Part shown: positions 29,742 through 39,506 of the stretch, piece after piece
Layout of the letters: each line of letters starts with the position of its first letter
How positions within the stretch are numbered: the first letter of the stretch is position 1
Source of the DNA: an uncultured Gemmatimonadales bacterium
GTDB lineage: Bacteria; Gemmatimonadota; Gemmatimonadetes; Palauibacterales; Palauibacteraceae
Length of the DNA: 64,000 bases
Assembly (NCBI GenBank): GCA_963783385.1
Contig: CAWANJ010000006.1
Coordinates: forward strand, 32,001-96,000
Direction of reading: 5' to 3'
Position numbers and translations under genes: made by a program
Notes under the pieces: model-generated
The model's database searches: none
The model's input: the letters and a program-made list of their open reading frames with translations, nothing else
What the model was told of the DNA's origin: nothing

Positions 29742-30167
29742 GTGACCCTGGAGCCCATCGAGGAGCTCTCGCACACGGCCGACGTCGGTTTCCGTCTGGC
29801 GGCCGATGCCCCATCCTGCCTGTTCCGGCTGGCCGCGGAGGGGTTGAGACGGGTCCTGGGCCACGAGGCGGCGCCGGACGTCCTGGAGGAGGAGGCGATC
29901 CGCCTGGAGCGCCCCGACACGGAGCGTCTCCTGGTGGCGTGGCTCCTGACCCTCCACGAGGGCGGCGAGCGCCGCGGCGCGGTTCCCGCGCCGATTTCGC
30001 TGGAGCTGGACCGGGAGGCGTCCGGCGCCGCCAGGCTCGACGCCCGGGTCGCCTGGCACCGCCGCGCTACCGATCCCGTGCGCGAGATCAAGGGTGTCAC
30101 CTACCACGGGCTGGAGGTGCGCGAGCGAGAGGGACGCTGGGAGGCGACGGTGGTGCTCGACCTGTGA
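29742..30167 (+). CDS. archease
   Basis: N-terminal HTAD, EIKGVTYHGL and C-terminal DL. Confidence 0.9.
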   Translation: MTLEPIEELSHTADVGFRLAADAPSCLFRLAAEGLRRVLGHEAAPDVLEEEAIRLERPDTERLLVAWLLTLHEGGERRGAVPAPISLELDREASGAARLDARVAWHRRATDPVREIKGVTYHGLEVREREGRWEATVVLDL

Positions 30168-30283
30168 TCGGTGGCGCGGGGGGCGCTCGCGGCCTATAAG
30201 GATGGTGGGGTGCGACGCGCGTCGCCACAGCGGGCCGGGACCGTCCCGCCGCCCGCCCCGGCCCGCGGACGCTCACGAGAAGG

Positions 30284-30688
30284 ATGGTCATGCGTAGACG
30301 ACCTCTGCCCGCCGCGCTCCTCCTGGTCCTGCCGCTGCTGGCCTCCGGGTGCCTGGCGGCGGCCGCTGGCGCCGCCGGGGGCGGCCTCTATTTCACCACG
30401 CGCGGCGTCGGACAGGTGGTGGAGGGCGGTTTCGGGCCCGTCACCGACGCCGCTCGCAAGGCCTTCACCACGCTGGGGGTCGAGTACAAGGGCCAGAAGG
30501 ACTCGGACGACGACAAGAACCGCGAGATCTGGGGAAAATCGGGGGACGACGACGTCACGGTGGACCTGGAGGAGCGGACGGACGTGGCCACCAAGGTCGA
30601 GGTGTCGGTGAAGACGGGTGCCGTGACGTGGGACAAGGACATGGCCCGCAAGATCCTCGGAGAGATCCAGAAGAACCGTAAGGGGTAG
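30284..30688 (+). CDS. DUF3568-like lipoprotein
   Basis: Lipobox LASGC followed by AAAAGAAGGGLY; C-terminal ARKILGEI. Confidence 0.75.
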   Translation: MVMRRRPLPAALLLVLPLLASGCLAAAAGAAGGGLYFTTRGVGQVVEGGFGPVTDAARKAFTTLGVEYKGQKDSDDDKNREIWGKSGDDDVTVDLEERTDVATKVEVSVKTGAVTWDKDMARKILGEIQKNRKG

Positions 30689-30734
30689 GAATGGGTGGCG
30701 GCGGAGGCACGCCGCCGGGGACGAGGAGGTGAGG

Positions 30735-31466
30735 ATGATCCTTCCCAACGTGCGATCTTCCTTCGATCGGGACGAGGCCGGACGCGTGGTGCGTACGCTG
30801 GCCCGCGGGGACGAGGGCCGGGCCCGGGACCTGGAGGCCGCGCTGGCCGAGCGCGGACTGGACCCCCTGCTGGACGACCCCGACCTCCCGGCGCTCCTGA
30901 CCGGCGGCGGGGGCGTCGAGGACCTCCCCCTGGGGCTCGTTCTGTACGTCCTCGTGCGCCACGCGCTCCTGGAGTGCGGCGTGGAGAGCCGGGTCATAGC
31001 CGACTACGTCTCGGCGCTGGTGCTCGAGTTCGGGTTCCGCGGACGATCGTACAGGATCGCCGACCACGACGACCGGGAGTACCACTACCTGGTCGACATC
31101 CTGGCCGACATGTCCAGGGCCCGGGGGCGCCGCGCCTTCCTGCTGGAGGCGCATCTCGGGAACTTCGCCCTGTGGCTGTCGGGCCTGTTCCCCGACCACA
31201 TCGCGTCGCGCGTGGGTCGAAAGGGTGGACCGGGCCTGGACTATTACGAGGAGATGGGGCAGACGGGCTACCGAATGGCGGCGAACGACCCGGTGGCGCG
31301 CCAGGAGTCGCTGGACGGGCTGTTTCGCGACGCGGCGGAGGCGTTCGTGGAGCTCAGGCGCGGCCTCAACCGCGTGTCGGACCGCTACCTCCTCCCCCGG
31401 CGCGGGGCTACCGTCGACCGTTTGCTCCGGCAGGTCCAGGACCGCTTCGAGGAGGGGACGCTCTGA
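30735..31466 (+). CDS. conserved hypothetical protein
   Basis: GAGGAGG RBS; ADYVSALV, GNFALWLSGLFPD and LDYYEEMGQTGY motifs. Confidence 0.8.
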   Translation: MILPNVRSSFDRDEAGRVVRTLARGDEGRARDLEAALAERGLDPLLDDPDLPALLTGGGGVEDLPLGLVLYVLVRHALLECGVESRVIADYVSALVLEFGFRGRSYRIADHDDREYHYLVDILADMSRARGRRAFLLEAHLGNFALWLSGLFPDHIASRVGRKGGPGLDYYEEMGQTGYRMAANDPVARQESLDGLFRDAAEAFVELRRGLNRVSDRYLLPRRGATVDRLLRQVQDRFEEGTL

Positions 31467-31486
31467 ATCGATAATCACTATTGATT
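31466..31486. promoter_or_regulatory. Fur-family operator (7-1-7 box) upstream of fur
   Basis: AT-rich island aatcGATAATcACTATTgatt, an imperfect palindrome matching tGATAATnATTATCa. Confidence 0.7.
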
Positions 31487-31585
31487 GAGCGCCGGGTCCG
31501 GCCTAGCTTCCGAAGCATGGACGAGTTTCCCGCGGATCCGCGCCGGGTGGCGCTCCGAGTACCGATTCTCCCGAGCGACGAGCCG

Positions 31586-32092
31586 ATGGACAGCACTCTG
31601 CAGACTCGACCCCCGCTGGGCTGCGCGGCGGTGATGATGAGCGTCTTCCGCGCAAGCCTCCAGGAGCACCAGCTCCCGGTGACCCAGCAGCGCGAAGCCG
31701 TTGCCGGCATCCTGTTCGAGTCCACGGGCCATCTGTCGGCCGACGACATCGCGGCCCGGCTCAAGGAGCGGGGCGACCACGTGGGTAAGGCCACCATCTA
31801 CAGGACGCTGAACCTCCTGGTGGACGTCGGCCTGGCCACCGAGCACGACTTCGACGAGGGCTTCAAGCGGTACGAGGCCCGCATCGGGCCCTCCCGGCAC
31901 GACCACCTCATCTGCACCTCCTGTGGAGAGGTGATCGAGTTCCATCGCCCCGAGCTGGAGGCGCTCCAATCCGAGGTCGCGGCCGAGTACGGCTTCCAGC
32001 CCATCACGCGGCAGGTCAAGATCTACGGGCTGTGCGCGGAGTGCGACGCGGCCGAGGCGCGCGAGAACGAGGACTACCGCCGTGCCCTGTAG
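31586..32092 (+). CDS. fur: Fur family transcriptional regulator
   Basis: HLSADDI, ATIYRTLNLL, HDHLICTSCG and GLCAEC motifs. Start uncertain (31517 is an alternative). Confidence 0.9.
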   Translation: MDSTLQTRPPLGCAAVMMSVFRASLQEHQLPVTQQREAVAGILFESTGHLSADDIAARLKERGDHVGKATIYRTLNLLVDVGLATEHDFDEGFKRYEARIGPSRHDHLICTSCGEVIEFHRPELEALQSEVAAEYGFQPITRQVKIYGLCAECDAAEARENEDYRRAL

Positions 32093-32140
32093 AGGTCCGG
32101 CCGCGGCGGACGACGCGAGGCTCCCGGGACGACGGGCACG

Positions 32141-32713
32141 GTGAGCCACGCCCGCGACCGGCTTCTCCGGCTCCTGGTGGAGCGGTCCTTCCGCACGGGC
32201 GACTTCGAGCTCGCCTCGGGGCGGCACAGCGACTACTACATCGACTGCCGAACGACCACCATGCACGCCGAGGGTCAGGCCCTCCTGGGCGAGGTGGGGC
32301 TCGACGCGCTGGCGGAGGCGAGCCTCCATCCGGATCTCGTGGGAGGCCTGACCATGGGTGCCGACCCGATCTCCTACGCCATCGCGGGCGAGAGCTGGCG
32401 ACGGGGCGAGCCCGTGCACGCCTTCTCGGTGCGCAAGCGCGCCAAGGACCACGGCCGGGGGCGTCGCATCGAGGGCTGCTTCGAGCCCGGCGCCAGGGTC
32501 GTGGTCGTCGAGGACGTCATCACGTCCGGCGGCTCGGCCCTCCAGGCCATTCGCGAGGTCCAGACGGAGAACGGGCAGGTGCTGGCCGTGCTGGCGCTGG
32601 TGGATCGCGAGGAAGGCGGCCGGGAAGCCATCGAGGAGGCTGGCCACCGCGTGATCGGCCTGTACACGGCCTCGGAGCTCAAGGAGGCCCACCGCCCGAA
32701 CCCTGACGGGTGA
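32141..32713 (+). CDS. pyrE: orotate phosphoribosyltransferase
   Basis: FELASGRHSDYYID, VRKRAKDHG and VVEDVITSGGS motifs. Confidence 0.95.
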   Translation: MSHARDRLLRLLVERSFRTGDFELASGRHSDYYIDCRTTTMHAEGQALLGEVGLDALAEASLHPDLVGGLTMGADPISYAIAGESWRRGEPVHAFSVRKRAKDHGRGRRIEGCFEPGARVVVVEDVITSGGSALQAIREVQTENGQVLAVLALVDREEGGREAIEEAGHRVIGLYTASELKEAHRPNPDG

Positions 32714-32791
32714 AACAGACGGCCGGGTCCGGGGTTTCCACCATTCCCTGAAAAGGACGGACGACCCGCGCTTCCCGGAGAGATCGAGCAC

Positions 32792-33373
32792 GTGATCCAC
32801 TTCACGGACACCGCCCGCCAGCGCGTGCTGGCATTCATCGAAGAGGAGGGCGAGGAGGGCCTGGCGGTCCGCATCGACCTCCGGAGATCCAGCCCGTTCG
32901 CGCCCGAGTACGACCTGGCCCTGATCGGCCCCGAGGAGGTCTCCGAGGAGGACCGGGCCTTCGACCAGAACGGCTTCAGCCTGTACGCCGCCCCGGACGC
33001 GGCGGAGTTCCTGGAGGGATCGGAGATCGACTGGGTCGAGTCCCTGCAGGGCGCCGGCTTCAGGATCGACAACCCCAACGTGAAGCCGCTCGGCTCGGAG
33101 CCGCCCAGCGGCCCGCTCGCCGAGCGCGTCCAGCGCGTCCTCGAAGAGCAGATCAACCCGGGCGTGGCCTCCCACGGCGGCCACGTCAGCCTGGTCGACA
33201 TCCGCGAGAATGTGGTCTTCCTGCAGATGAGCGGTGGCTGCCAGGGGTGCGGTATGGCCTCCGTGACCCTCACCCAGGGAATCAAGGAGGCGCTGCAGCG
33301 CGCCGTCCCCGAGGTGGCGGGCGTGGAGGACGTCACCGACCACGAGGCGGGTCGGAACCCCTACTACGCCTGA
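32792..33373 (+). CDS. nfuA: Fe-S biogenesis protein NfuA (degenerate A-type domain + Nfu domain)
   Basis: INPGVASHGG and GGCQGC motifs; N-terminal A-type carrier-like domain lacking Cys. Confidence 0.9.
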   Translation: MIHFTDTARQRVLAFIEEEGEEGLAVRIDLRRSSPFAPEYDLALIGPEEVSEEDRAFDQNGFSLYAAPDAAEFLEGSEIDWVESLQGAGFRIDNPNVKPLGSEPPSGPLAERVQRVLEEQINPGVASHGGHVSLVDIRENVVFLQMSGGCQGCGMASVTLTQGIKEALQRAVPEVAGVEDVTDHEAGRNPYYA

Positions 33374-33442
33374 GCCGGAGCCGGGCACCCCGCGCGCGGG
33401 ACGCGCCGCGGCTCCACCGGTGGCGCCGGACGGCGCGGCCGG

Positions 33443-34624
33443 TTAGCGCAGGATCCCGGCCACCCCCGTGTCCGTCGGCATGCGCTCCGGGGACAGCACG
33501 AGCGCGTTACCCCCGTGCAGGATCACCACCTCGGCCAGCTCGTCCAGGAGCTCGGCCGCGTCGCCCGAAGGATCCTCACCACCCTCCTGGACGATCTCGA
33601 TGGCGCCCGTGGAGCGGTCCATGGTCCCCCACAGGCGCCGCCCGCGCTCGGTGAGCAGCAGGCGGATCCTCCCGGCCACGGCCAGGCGGCACAGGTTGGC
33701 CAGGTCCAGCTCTCCCTTGCCCCGGCCGTAGGAGGTCTCCCACAGCTCCAGGGCCCGGTCGATCTTCTTGAGCACCTGGGCCTTGGCGATGGGCCACGCG
33801 GCCTCGTGCACGCGGTCGGGGTTCCAGTTGACCGCGGAGGCCTCGATCCCTTCCTCGGCCAGGTTGTCGAGCCCGCTCACGCTCCGGTACAGGGGGTGGT
33901 ATTCCTTGACGGCGGCGAGCACGAGGGGACCGATCTCGCCCTCGAGCATATCCTGGAGACCCTCGTCCACCTGCTTGAAGAAGCGCCGCAGCTCGGGCTC
34001 GTCATCGTCGCTTCCCACCCCGTGGCCGTGGAAGACCGGCATCGTCCCGCCCCGGCCGTGGCTGCCGTGCGAACCGCTCCGGACCTTGCGGCGCAGCACG
34101 ATCTTCTCGTCGCGCTCGAACTCGTAGCCCAGCGCCTCCATGAGGTCGCGGGGCACGCCCTGCAGGTCGATCGGGCTCACGCCGGCCGCCGTGCCCGACC
34201 ACAGCCGCACGTTCTTCTGGCTGAGCCCCAGCACCCAGTACCGATCGGGCGCCTGGAGGTACTCCAGCATCGGCCGAGTGTGGAAGGAGGAGGCGACCAC
34301 GACCAGATCGGGGACGGAGCCGGGGAGTCGATACAGGCGCTGGATGTCCGGCGACGCGAACACGGCCAGGCCGTCGGACTGGTAGCGCCAGAACTCCTCG
34401 TCCTGCGTGAGTGGCTCGAGCGCCTCGACCAGGGCCGCGCCCGCGCCGTCGCCGCCGTCGGCCGACGGCAACAGCTCGCGCACGCGATCGAGGGCGGCCC
34501 GGTAGCGCAGGCGATTCGCCTCGGTCTCGCTGCCGGAGCGCGCGGTGGGAACGTAGATCGAGATGGCGGGGCCCTCTCGCTCCTGGAGCAGTGTCCGAAG
34601 GTCCTCGCGTCCGAAGTAGTCCAC
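33443..34624 (-). CDS. bacterial archaeo-eukaryotic release factor (baeRF3/7 family) protein
   Basis: ISIYVPT, FWRYQSDGLAVF, LGLSQKNVRL, FHGHG, RRFFKQVD, PLVLAA and C-terminal GVAGILR. Confidence 0.85.
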   Translation of the reverse strand: MDYFGREDLRTLLQEREGPAISIYVPTARSGSETEANRLRYRAALDRVRELLPSADGGDGAGAALVEALEPLTQDEEFWRYQSDGLAVFASPDIQRLYRLPGSVPDLVVVASSFHTRPMLEYLQAPDRYWVLGLSQKNVRLWSGTAAGVSPIDLQGVPRDLMEALGYEFERDEKIVLRRKVRSGSHGSHGRGGTMPVFHGHGVGSDDDEPELRRFFKQVDEGLQDMLEGEIGPLVLAAVKEYHPLYRSVSGLDNLAEEGIEASAVNWNPDRVHEAAWPIAKAQVLKKIDRALELWETSYGRGKGELDLANLCRLAVAGRIRLLLTERGRRLWGTMDRSTGAIEIVQEGGEDPSGDAAELLDELAEVVILHGGNALVLSPERMPTDTGVAGILR

Positions 34625-34717
34625 GGGAGACTCCTCCCCGGAAGGGTGGCTTGCCGGTGTGTCCTCCGGTGCCGATTCACTTCAACGAACATACCAGCGA
34701 GCCGACGCCGTCCGCGA

Positions 34718-35059
34718 TCAGTCCCCCGGGACGATCGCGTGCAGGAGGAGACCCACGATGGACATGACCAGGGCCCCGAAGAAGGCCGCGCCGAATCCGC
34801 TCAGCCTGAAGCCCGGGGTGATGGCGGCTGCCAGGTAGAACAGGAGGCCGTTGAGGACCAGGTAGAAGATCCCGAGGGTGAGGAGCGTGATCGGGAAGGT
34901 GAGGAAGACCAGCACCGGCTTCACCAGCGCGTTCACGAGGCCGATGACGAGCGCGGCCAGGAGCAGCGCCCTGGTCCCGTCCACCACGATGCCGGGGACG
35001 AGCCAGGCCGTGAACCACAGGGCCGCGGCATTGATGAGCCAGTTGATGAGGAGGCGCAT
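34718..35059 (-). CDS. YvlD-like 4-TM 'phage holin family' protein
   Basis: GLVNALVKPVL..LTFPITLLTLGIF..VLNG motif. Confidence 0.9.
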   Translation of the reverse strand: MRLLINWLINAAALWFTAWLVPGIVVDGTRALLLAALVIGLVNALVKPVLVFLTFPITLLTLGIFYLVLNGLLFYLAAAITPGFRLSGFGAAFFGALVMSIVGLLLHAIVPGD

Positions 35060-35182
35060 CCGGGTGCTCCTTCCGCTGGGAGTTCGAGGGGGAACATGGC
35101 TTGCAGCCGATGCCCGACGCAGGGAACGGCCCGCCGCGGGCTCGTCCGTCACTCCCCCAATCTAGCGTCCGGGAGGACGACC

Positions 35183-35716
35183 ATGAAGGTGGAGCGCCAC
35201 GGGGTCACCCTGGAGCTCGTGCGGGGCGACATCGCCTCCCAGGATGGAATCGACGCCGTCGTCAACGCGGCCAACGCCCAGCTCATGCCGGGCGGCGGCG
35301 TGGCGGGCGCCCTCCACCGGGCCGCCGGGCCCGGGCTGGCCGAGGAGTGCCGGCCGCTGGCCCCGATCGAGCCGGGCGACGCGGTGATCACGGGTGGACA
35401 CGGCCTTCCGAACCCTTTCGTGATCCACTGCCTGGGGCCCGTGTGGGGCCGGGACGAGCCCGCCGAGGCCCTGCTCAGGAGCTGCTACCGGCGCGCCCTG
35501 GAGCTGGTCGAGGAGCACGGCCTCCGGTCGGTGGCCTTCCCCGCCCTGTCCACCGGGGCGTTCGGCTACCCGGTGCGGGAGGCGGCCCGCGCCGCGCTGG
35601 ACGAGGTGCTGGGGCTCCTGCCGGGGCTCGCCTCGGTCCGCAGGATCCGCTTCACCCTGTACGGGGCCGACGCCCTGGCCGCGCACCGCGAGGCGCTGGA
35701 AGAGTTGCTGGTCTAG
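35183..35716 (+). CDS. macro domain protein (ADP-ribose glycohydrolase type)
   Basis: GDI, DAVVNAAN, GGGVAGALHRAAG and FPALSTGAFGYP motifs. Confidence 0.93.
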   Translation: MKVERHGVTLELVRGDIASQDGIDAVVNAANAQLMPGGGVAGALHRAAGPGLAEECRPLAPIEPGDAVITGGHGLPNPFVIHCLGPVWGRDEPAEALLRSCYRRALELVEEHGLRSVAFPALSTGAFGYPVREAARAALDEVLGLLPGLASVRRIRFTLYGADALAAHREALEELLV

Positions 35717-38700
35717 AACCCCGGCCCGATCCCCAGCGCCCACACCCAGCCCCTGCCCGGCCGGTCCAGCGGCCTCACCCAGTCGAGCTCGAGCACGGTG
35801 AGGCCGAACATGTTGAAGCGGAGACCCGCCCCGAAGCTCCGCACCGGACGGCGCGCCTCCGCGCCCCCTCCGCCCAGGAAGGCGGGCGTCGTGGCTCGGG
35901 TCCAGGCCACCCCGGCGTCGAAGAACCCGACGAGGTCGATGGGCGGCACCGGACCGCCGTGCACCAGGGAGAGGTCGCCCAGGCCGATGAGCGGCAGGCG
36001 TAGCTCGACGTTCAGCACGCCGAGACGGCTCCCCAGGAGGCGGTCGAACACGGGGCACGACCCCGAGCCGTCCGCCGGACACTCGGCCAGACTAAACGAG
36101 CCCGCGTCGTAGCCGCGCACCAGGTAGGAATAGCCCAGGAACAGCTCCCGCAGCCGATGGTCCTCCGCGCCCGCGCCGTAGCGGCCGTACGTGAGGACCC
36201 GGGCCGCCAGCGTCAGCGGGCGCACCGGCATGACGTACTTCCGGAAGTCTCCGAGCAGCGTGTAGAAGCCGATGCTGCCCACCGAGGAGCCGACCTCGAG
36301 CCGCGCCCGCTCGCCGACCAGGGGCCCGGTGCCCCCGAAGATCGCGTTGTCGTACACGAGGGCGGCGCTGGCCCGGGCCAGGTTCAGGGACGAGAGGGTG
36401 TCGTAGGCCGTGCTCGTGGTCCGCTCGGAGAGGATCCGCCCCGATACGGGATCGTACGCGGTTTCCCGGACTTCGCTGGCAAAGTCGACGTTCTGCACCC
36501 CGCCGGACAGCTCGACCCGCTCCGCACGGTTGAGCGGGTAGGCCAGGAGGCCCGAAAGCTCACGGTTGATCTGCCAGAACCACACATCCCGGTACACCTG
36601 CGCCTCGCGGCCGTCCACGACCGTCGTCCCCAGCCCGATCTGCCGGCTCAGGTAGGGGATCTGCCCGCCCTGGACGGCCCAGTCGATCCTCGAGCCCAGG
36701 TTGACGTAGGACCCGTACAGGGCGGTCCCCTCCAGGATGCGGCCGGCCGTGCCCTCGACCTGGGCGAGGACCGAGAGGTTCCGGTTGCCGAGCATATCGC
36801 TGAAGTAGAGGGCGCCACCGCCGCCCGCGTACACGCCGAACTGGTCCGCGCCCACCCCGAAGGTGGGCTGGGCCACGTAGTCCAGGGTGAGGCCGGCGCC
36901 ATAGCCGTGCGTCCGGAAAGTGACCGTGTCGGGCAGTCCGAGCGACTGCTCGGCGAGCAGGGCCGGAACCTCTCCATAGCGGCGGTCGAGGGGCGGGAGC
37001 CGTCCGGCTCGCCGCCGCGCCACCGTGTCGGGAAGCGGCGCCCCTCGCGCGACGGCCGTGTCCGCCGGCTCCCGCCCCGCGAACTCACCGTCCGGACCGC
37101 GCTCGAGTGCGTACAGCTCGAACACGAAGTCGCCGCGCCCGTTCACGCTGAACACGACGTCCCCGCTACGACGGGCCACCGACAGGGCCGGGCTCAGGGG
37201 CGTGATCCCGGCCACGCCGGTCTGGACATCGGTCAGGCGCTCGAAGCTCCCCGCCGCCAGGTCCAGCCTGTACACGTTCGAGATCCCGCCGCGATTCGAC
37301 ACGAAGTACAGGCTCCGGCCGTCGGGGGCCCACCCGGGGCTCGTCTCGTCGTCCGCCTCGCCCAGGTGCGGTAGCTCGGTGATCCGCCCCGACTGCGGGT
37401 CGATGAGCGCCAGCCGGTAGGCCCCGAACGAGAGGTCCGGGAGATCGCTCGTGAACCGCTCGGTGACGAACGCGATCCGGCTCCCGTCCGGCGACCAGGC
37501 GGGGTGCAGCTCGGCGAACTCGTCGTGGGTGAGCCGCCGGGTGCGCCCCGTCCGCAGGTCGAGGACGTAGAGGTCGGTGAACCCGCTCACGTGGGCCGTG
37601 AACGCCACGCGCCGCCCGTCGGGCGCCCAGGTGGGGTTGAAGATCTCGCCGAAGGCCGGCAGGCGGATCTCGCGCAGGCGCTTCCCCGTGTGCGGATCGA
37701 GGATCGCCAGGTCGGCCCGGCCCTTCCGGACGGTGGCCAGCGCGAAGCGCGACCCGTCCGGGGACCACGCGCCCGAGGAGTTGAGGTACTGGAGGCTCTG
37801 GAAGTGGGGGTCGAGGGCGGTCTCGGTGAGCTTGCGCACCACCCGGCCCGTCCGGGCATCGGCCAGGAAGAGCTCGAGCGAGAACAGCGACTTCTCGGAA
37901 GCGAACACGAGCTCGGAGCCGTCCGGGCTCAGCGCCGGCCCGATGGCGACGTTCCCCCGGCCCATGCCCGGGGCGATGACGGGCCTCGCCTGTGAGTCGG
38001 CCGGCAGGGTCGACGCGAGCACGGCGGCGTCCTGCGCCCGCACGGCCGCGTGCCAGCGCTCGACCACGGAGTCCGCATCCACTCCGGTCGCGGCCGCGAT
38101 CGCCCCCCGGACGGATCCCGTGTGACCGGCCAGCGACAGGAGGTCGCCAATGCGGTCGTCCCCGTACGTCCCGCCGATCCAGGCCCACAGCGCCTGCCCG
38201 TAGCGGTACGGGAAATAGTGGGGATCGCGCAGGTCGCCCAGGTCCGGCAGCCGGCCGGCCAGGTCGGCGCCGCGGACCCACATGGTCGTGAACGGGTCGT
38301 CGGGCCCGACCGACAGGTACTCGGCCATGCCCTCGATGAACCAGCCGGACAGGCGGAGGGCTCCGGGCACCACTCCGCCGCCCGGGTAGCCCGCCCCCGT
38401 CATGTCGAACTGGAAGGCGTGGACGAGCTCGTGGCCCAGCACGTGGTCCGTCTCCCGGAGGGAGGCCGCCGCGGGGAGGACGACCCGGCGCTTGAGCGGC
38501 TCCGTGAAGCCGCCGGTGGACTCGTCGATGCGCCCCCCGATCGCGTTCGTCTGCTCGAAGTCCGGGTGGCTGGCGTACAGGATGAGCGGCTGGCGCTGGC
38601 GGATGTCGTGGCCGAGGAGGCGCGAGAACCGGGCGTACCAGCGCTCGGCCATGCGGCCCACCCGCACGGCCAGCTCCCGCTCGCTCGGATAGTAGTAGAG

Positions 38701-38853
38701 GTCGAAGTGCTCGGTCTCCAGGACGGAGAAGTCGAGCGAGCGGTACTGCACCTTGTTCTGGCCGAAGTACTGGGCCCGGACGGCCCCGGGGAGACCCGCG
38801 AGGCCGACGAGCCCGGCCAGGAGGAGGATCCGGGTCAGTCCCCGGATCTGCAC
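35713..38853 (-). CDS. peptidase MA + PD40 beta-propeller + Omp85 (BamA/TamA-type) barrel fusion
   Basis: Signal AQYFGQNKVQY; HELVHAFQ..WFIEGMAEY; PxWSPDG repeats; VRGY loop; FFDAG; terminal F. Confidence 0.9.
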   Translation of the reverse strand: MQIRGLTRILLLAGLVGLAGLPGAVRAQYFGQNKVQYRSLDFSVLETEHFDLYYYPSERELAVRVGRMAERWYARFSRLLGHDIRQRQPLILYASHPDFEQTNAIGGRIDESTGGFTEPLKRRVVLPAAASLRETDHVLGHELVHAFQFDMTGAGYPGGGVVPGALRLSGWFIEGMAEYLSVGPDDPFTTMWVRGADLAGRLPDLGDLRDPHYFPYRYGQALWAWIGGTYGDDRIGDLLSLAGHTGSVRGAIAAATGVDADSVVERWHAAVRAQDAAVLASTLPADSQARPVIAPGMGRGNVAIGPALSPDGSELVFASEKSLFSLELFLADARTGRVVRKLTETALDPHFQSLQYLNSSGAWSPDGSRFALATVRKGRADLAILDPHTGKRLREIRLPAFGEIFNPTWAPDGRRVAFTAHVSGFTDLYVLDLRTGRTRRLTHDEFAELHPAWSPDGSRIAFVTERFTSDLPDLSFGAYRLALIDPQSGRITELPHLGEADDETSPGWAPDGRSLYFVSNRGGISNVYRLDLAAGSFERLTDVQTGVAGITPLSPALSVARRSGDVVFSVNGRGDFVFELYALERGPDGEFAGREPADTAVARGAPLPDTVARRRAGRLPPLDRRYGEVPALLAEQSLGLPDTVTFRTHGYGAGLTLDYVAQPTFGVGADQFGVYAGGGGALYFSDMLGNRNLSVLAQVEGTAGRILEGTALYGSYVNLGSRIDWAVQGGQIPYLSRQIGLGTTVVDGREAQVYRDVWFWQINRELSGLLAYPLNRAERVELSGGVQNVDFASEVRETAYDPVSGRILSERTTSTAYDTLSSLNLARASAALVYDNAIFGGTGPLVGERARLEVGSSVGSIGFYTLLGDFRKYVMPVRPLTLAARVLTYGRYGAGAEDHRLRELFLGYSYLVRGYDAGSFSLAECPADGSGSCPVFDRLLGSRLGVLNVELRLPLIGLGDLSLVHGGPVPPIDLVGFFDAGVAWTRATTPAFLGGGGAEARRPVRSFGAGLRFNMFGLTVLELDWVRPLDRPGRGWVWALGIGPGF

Positions 38854-39506
38854 GAGCGCACCTCGCCGCCGAACCGCCCCAGGACCCGGTCCACCTGCGA
38901 GGCGTCCAGCGGCCCGGCCACCACGCGGGTGAGGCCGTCGGGGCCCGGCTCGGTCCGGGCGGACTCGCCGTCGTCCTCCAGGCGCGCCACCATGAGCCGG
39001 GCATTCTCCTCCTCGCGGTAGGCTCCGACCTGGATCTCCCGGCAGGCCGTCGGGGGCGCGGTCACCACGATCTTCACCCTGGCCGTGCCGTCGACCAGGA
39101 AGCCGAGCTTCCGGGCCGCTGCCCGCGACACGTCGAGGATGCGGTCCCCGACGAACGGACCGCGGTCGTTGACGCGGAGCTCCGCGTGGCGGCCGTTGTC
39201 GAGGTTGGTGACCTCGATCCACGTGCCGAGGGGGAGGGTGCGGTGGGCGGCCGTGAGCGCGTTCATGTCGAAGGTCTCGCCGGAGGCCGTGGCCCGCCCG
39301 TGGAACTGGCCACCGTACCACGAGGCCCGCCCCACCTGGCTCCAACCGGGCGACACCCGTGCCATCGGCGGCGGGGAGGACGCGGGTCCGGGCCCGACCG
39401 AGGGCGGCGTCGTGCGCCCCGCGCACGCCCCGGCGGCGAGCAGGAGGAGGAACGCCGCGGCGCGGGCGGCGGGCGGTTCACGGCGTGCGGAAGGCGTACG
39501 GCCCAT
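38835..39506 (-). CDS. rlpA: septal ring lytic transglycosylase RlpA family lipoprotein with SPOR domain
   Basis: Lipobox AGAC; GRASWYG, TAAHRTLP, RVNDRGPF and RILDVS motifs; QVGAY SPOR. Confidence 0.93.
   Translation of the reverse strand: MGRTPSARREPPAARAAAFLLLLAAGACAGRTTPPSVGPGPASSPPPMARVSPGWSQVGRASWYGGQFHGRATASGETFDMNALTAAHRTLPLGTWIEVTNLDNGRHAELRVNDRGPFVGDRILDVSRAAARKLGFLVDGTARVKIVVTAPPTACREIQVGAYREEENARLMVARLEDDGESARTEPGPDGLTRVVAGPLDASQVDRVLGRFGGEVRSCRSGD

Noticed and set aside
34718-35059. 'Phage holin' as evidence of a prophage
   Set aside because: YvlD-type 4-TM proteins are common chromosomal genes; there is no integrase, structural or lysin gene nearby.
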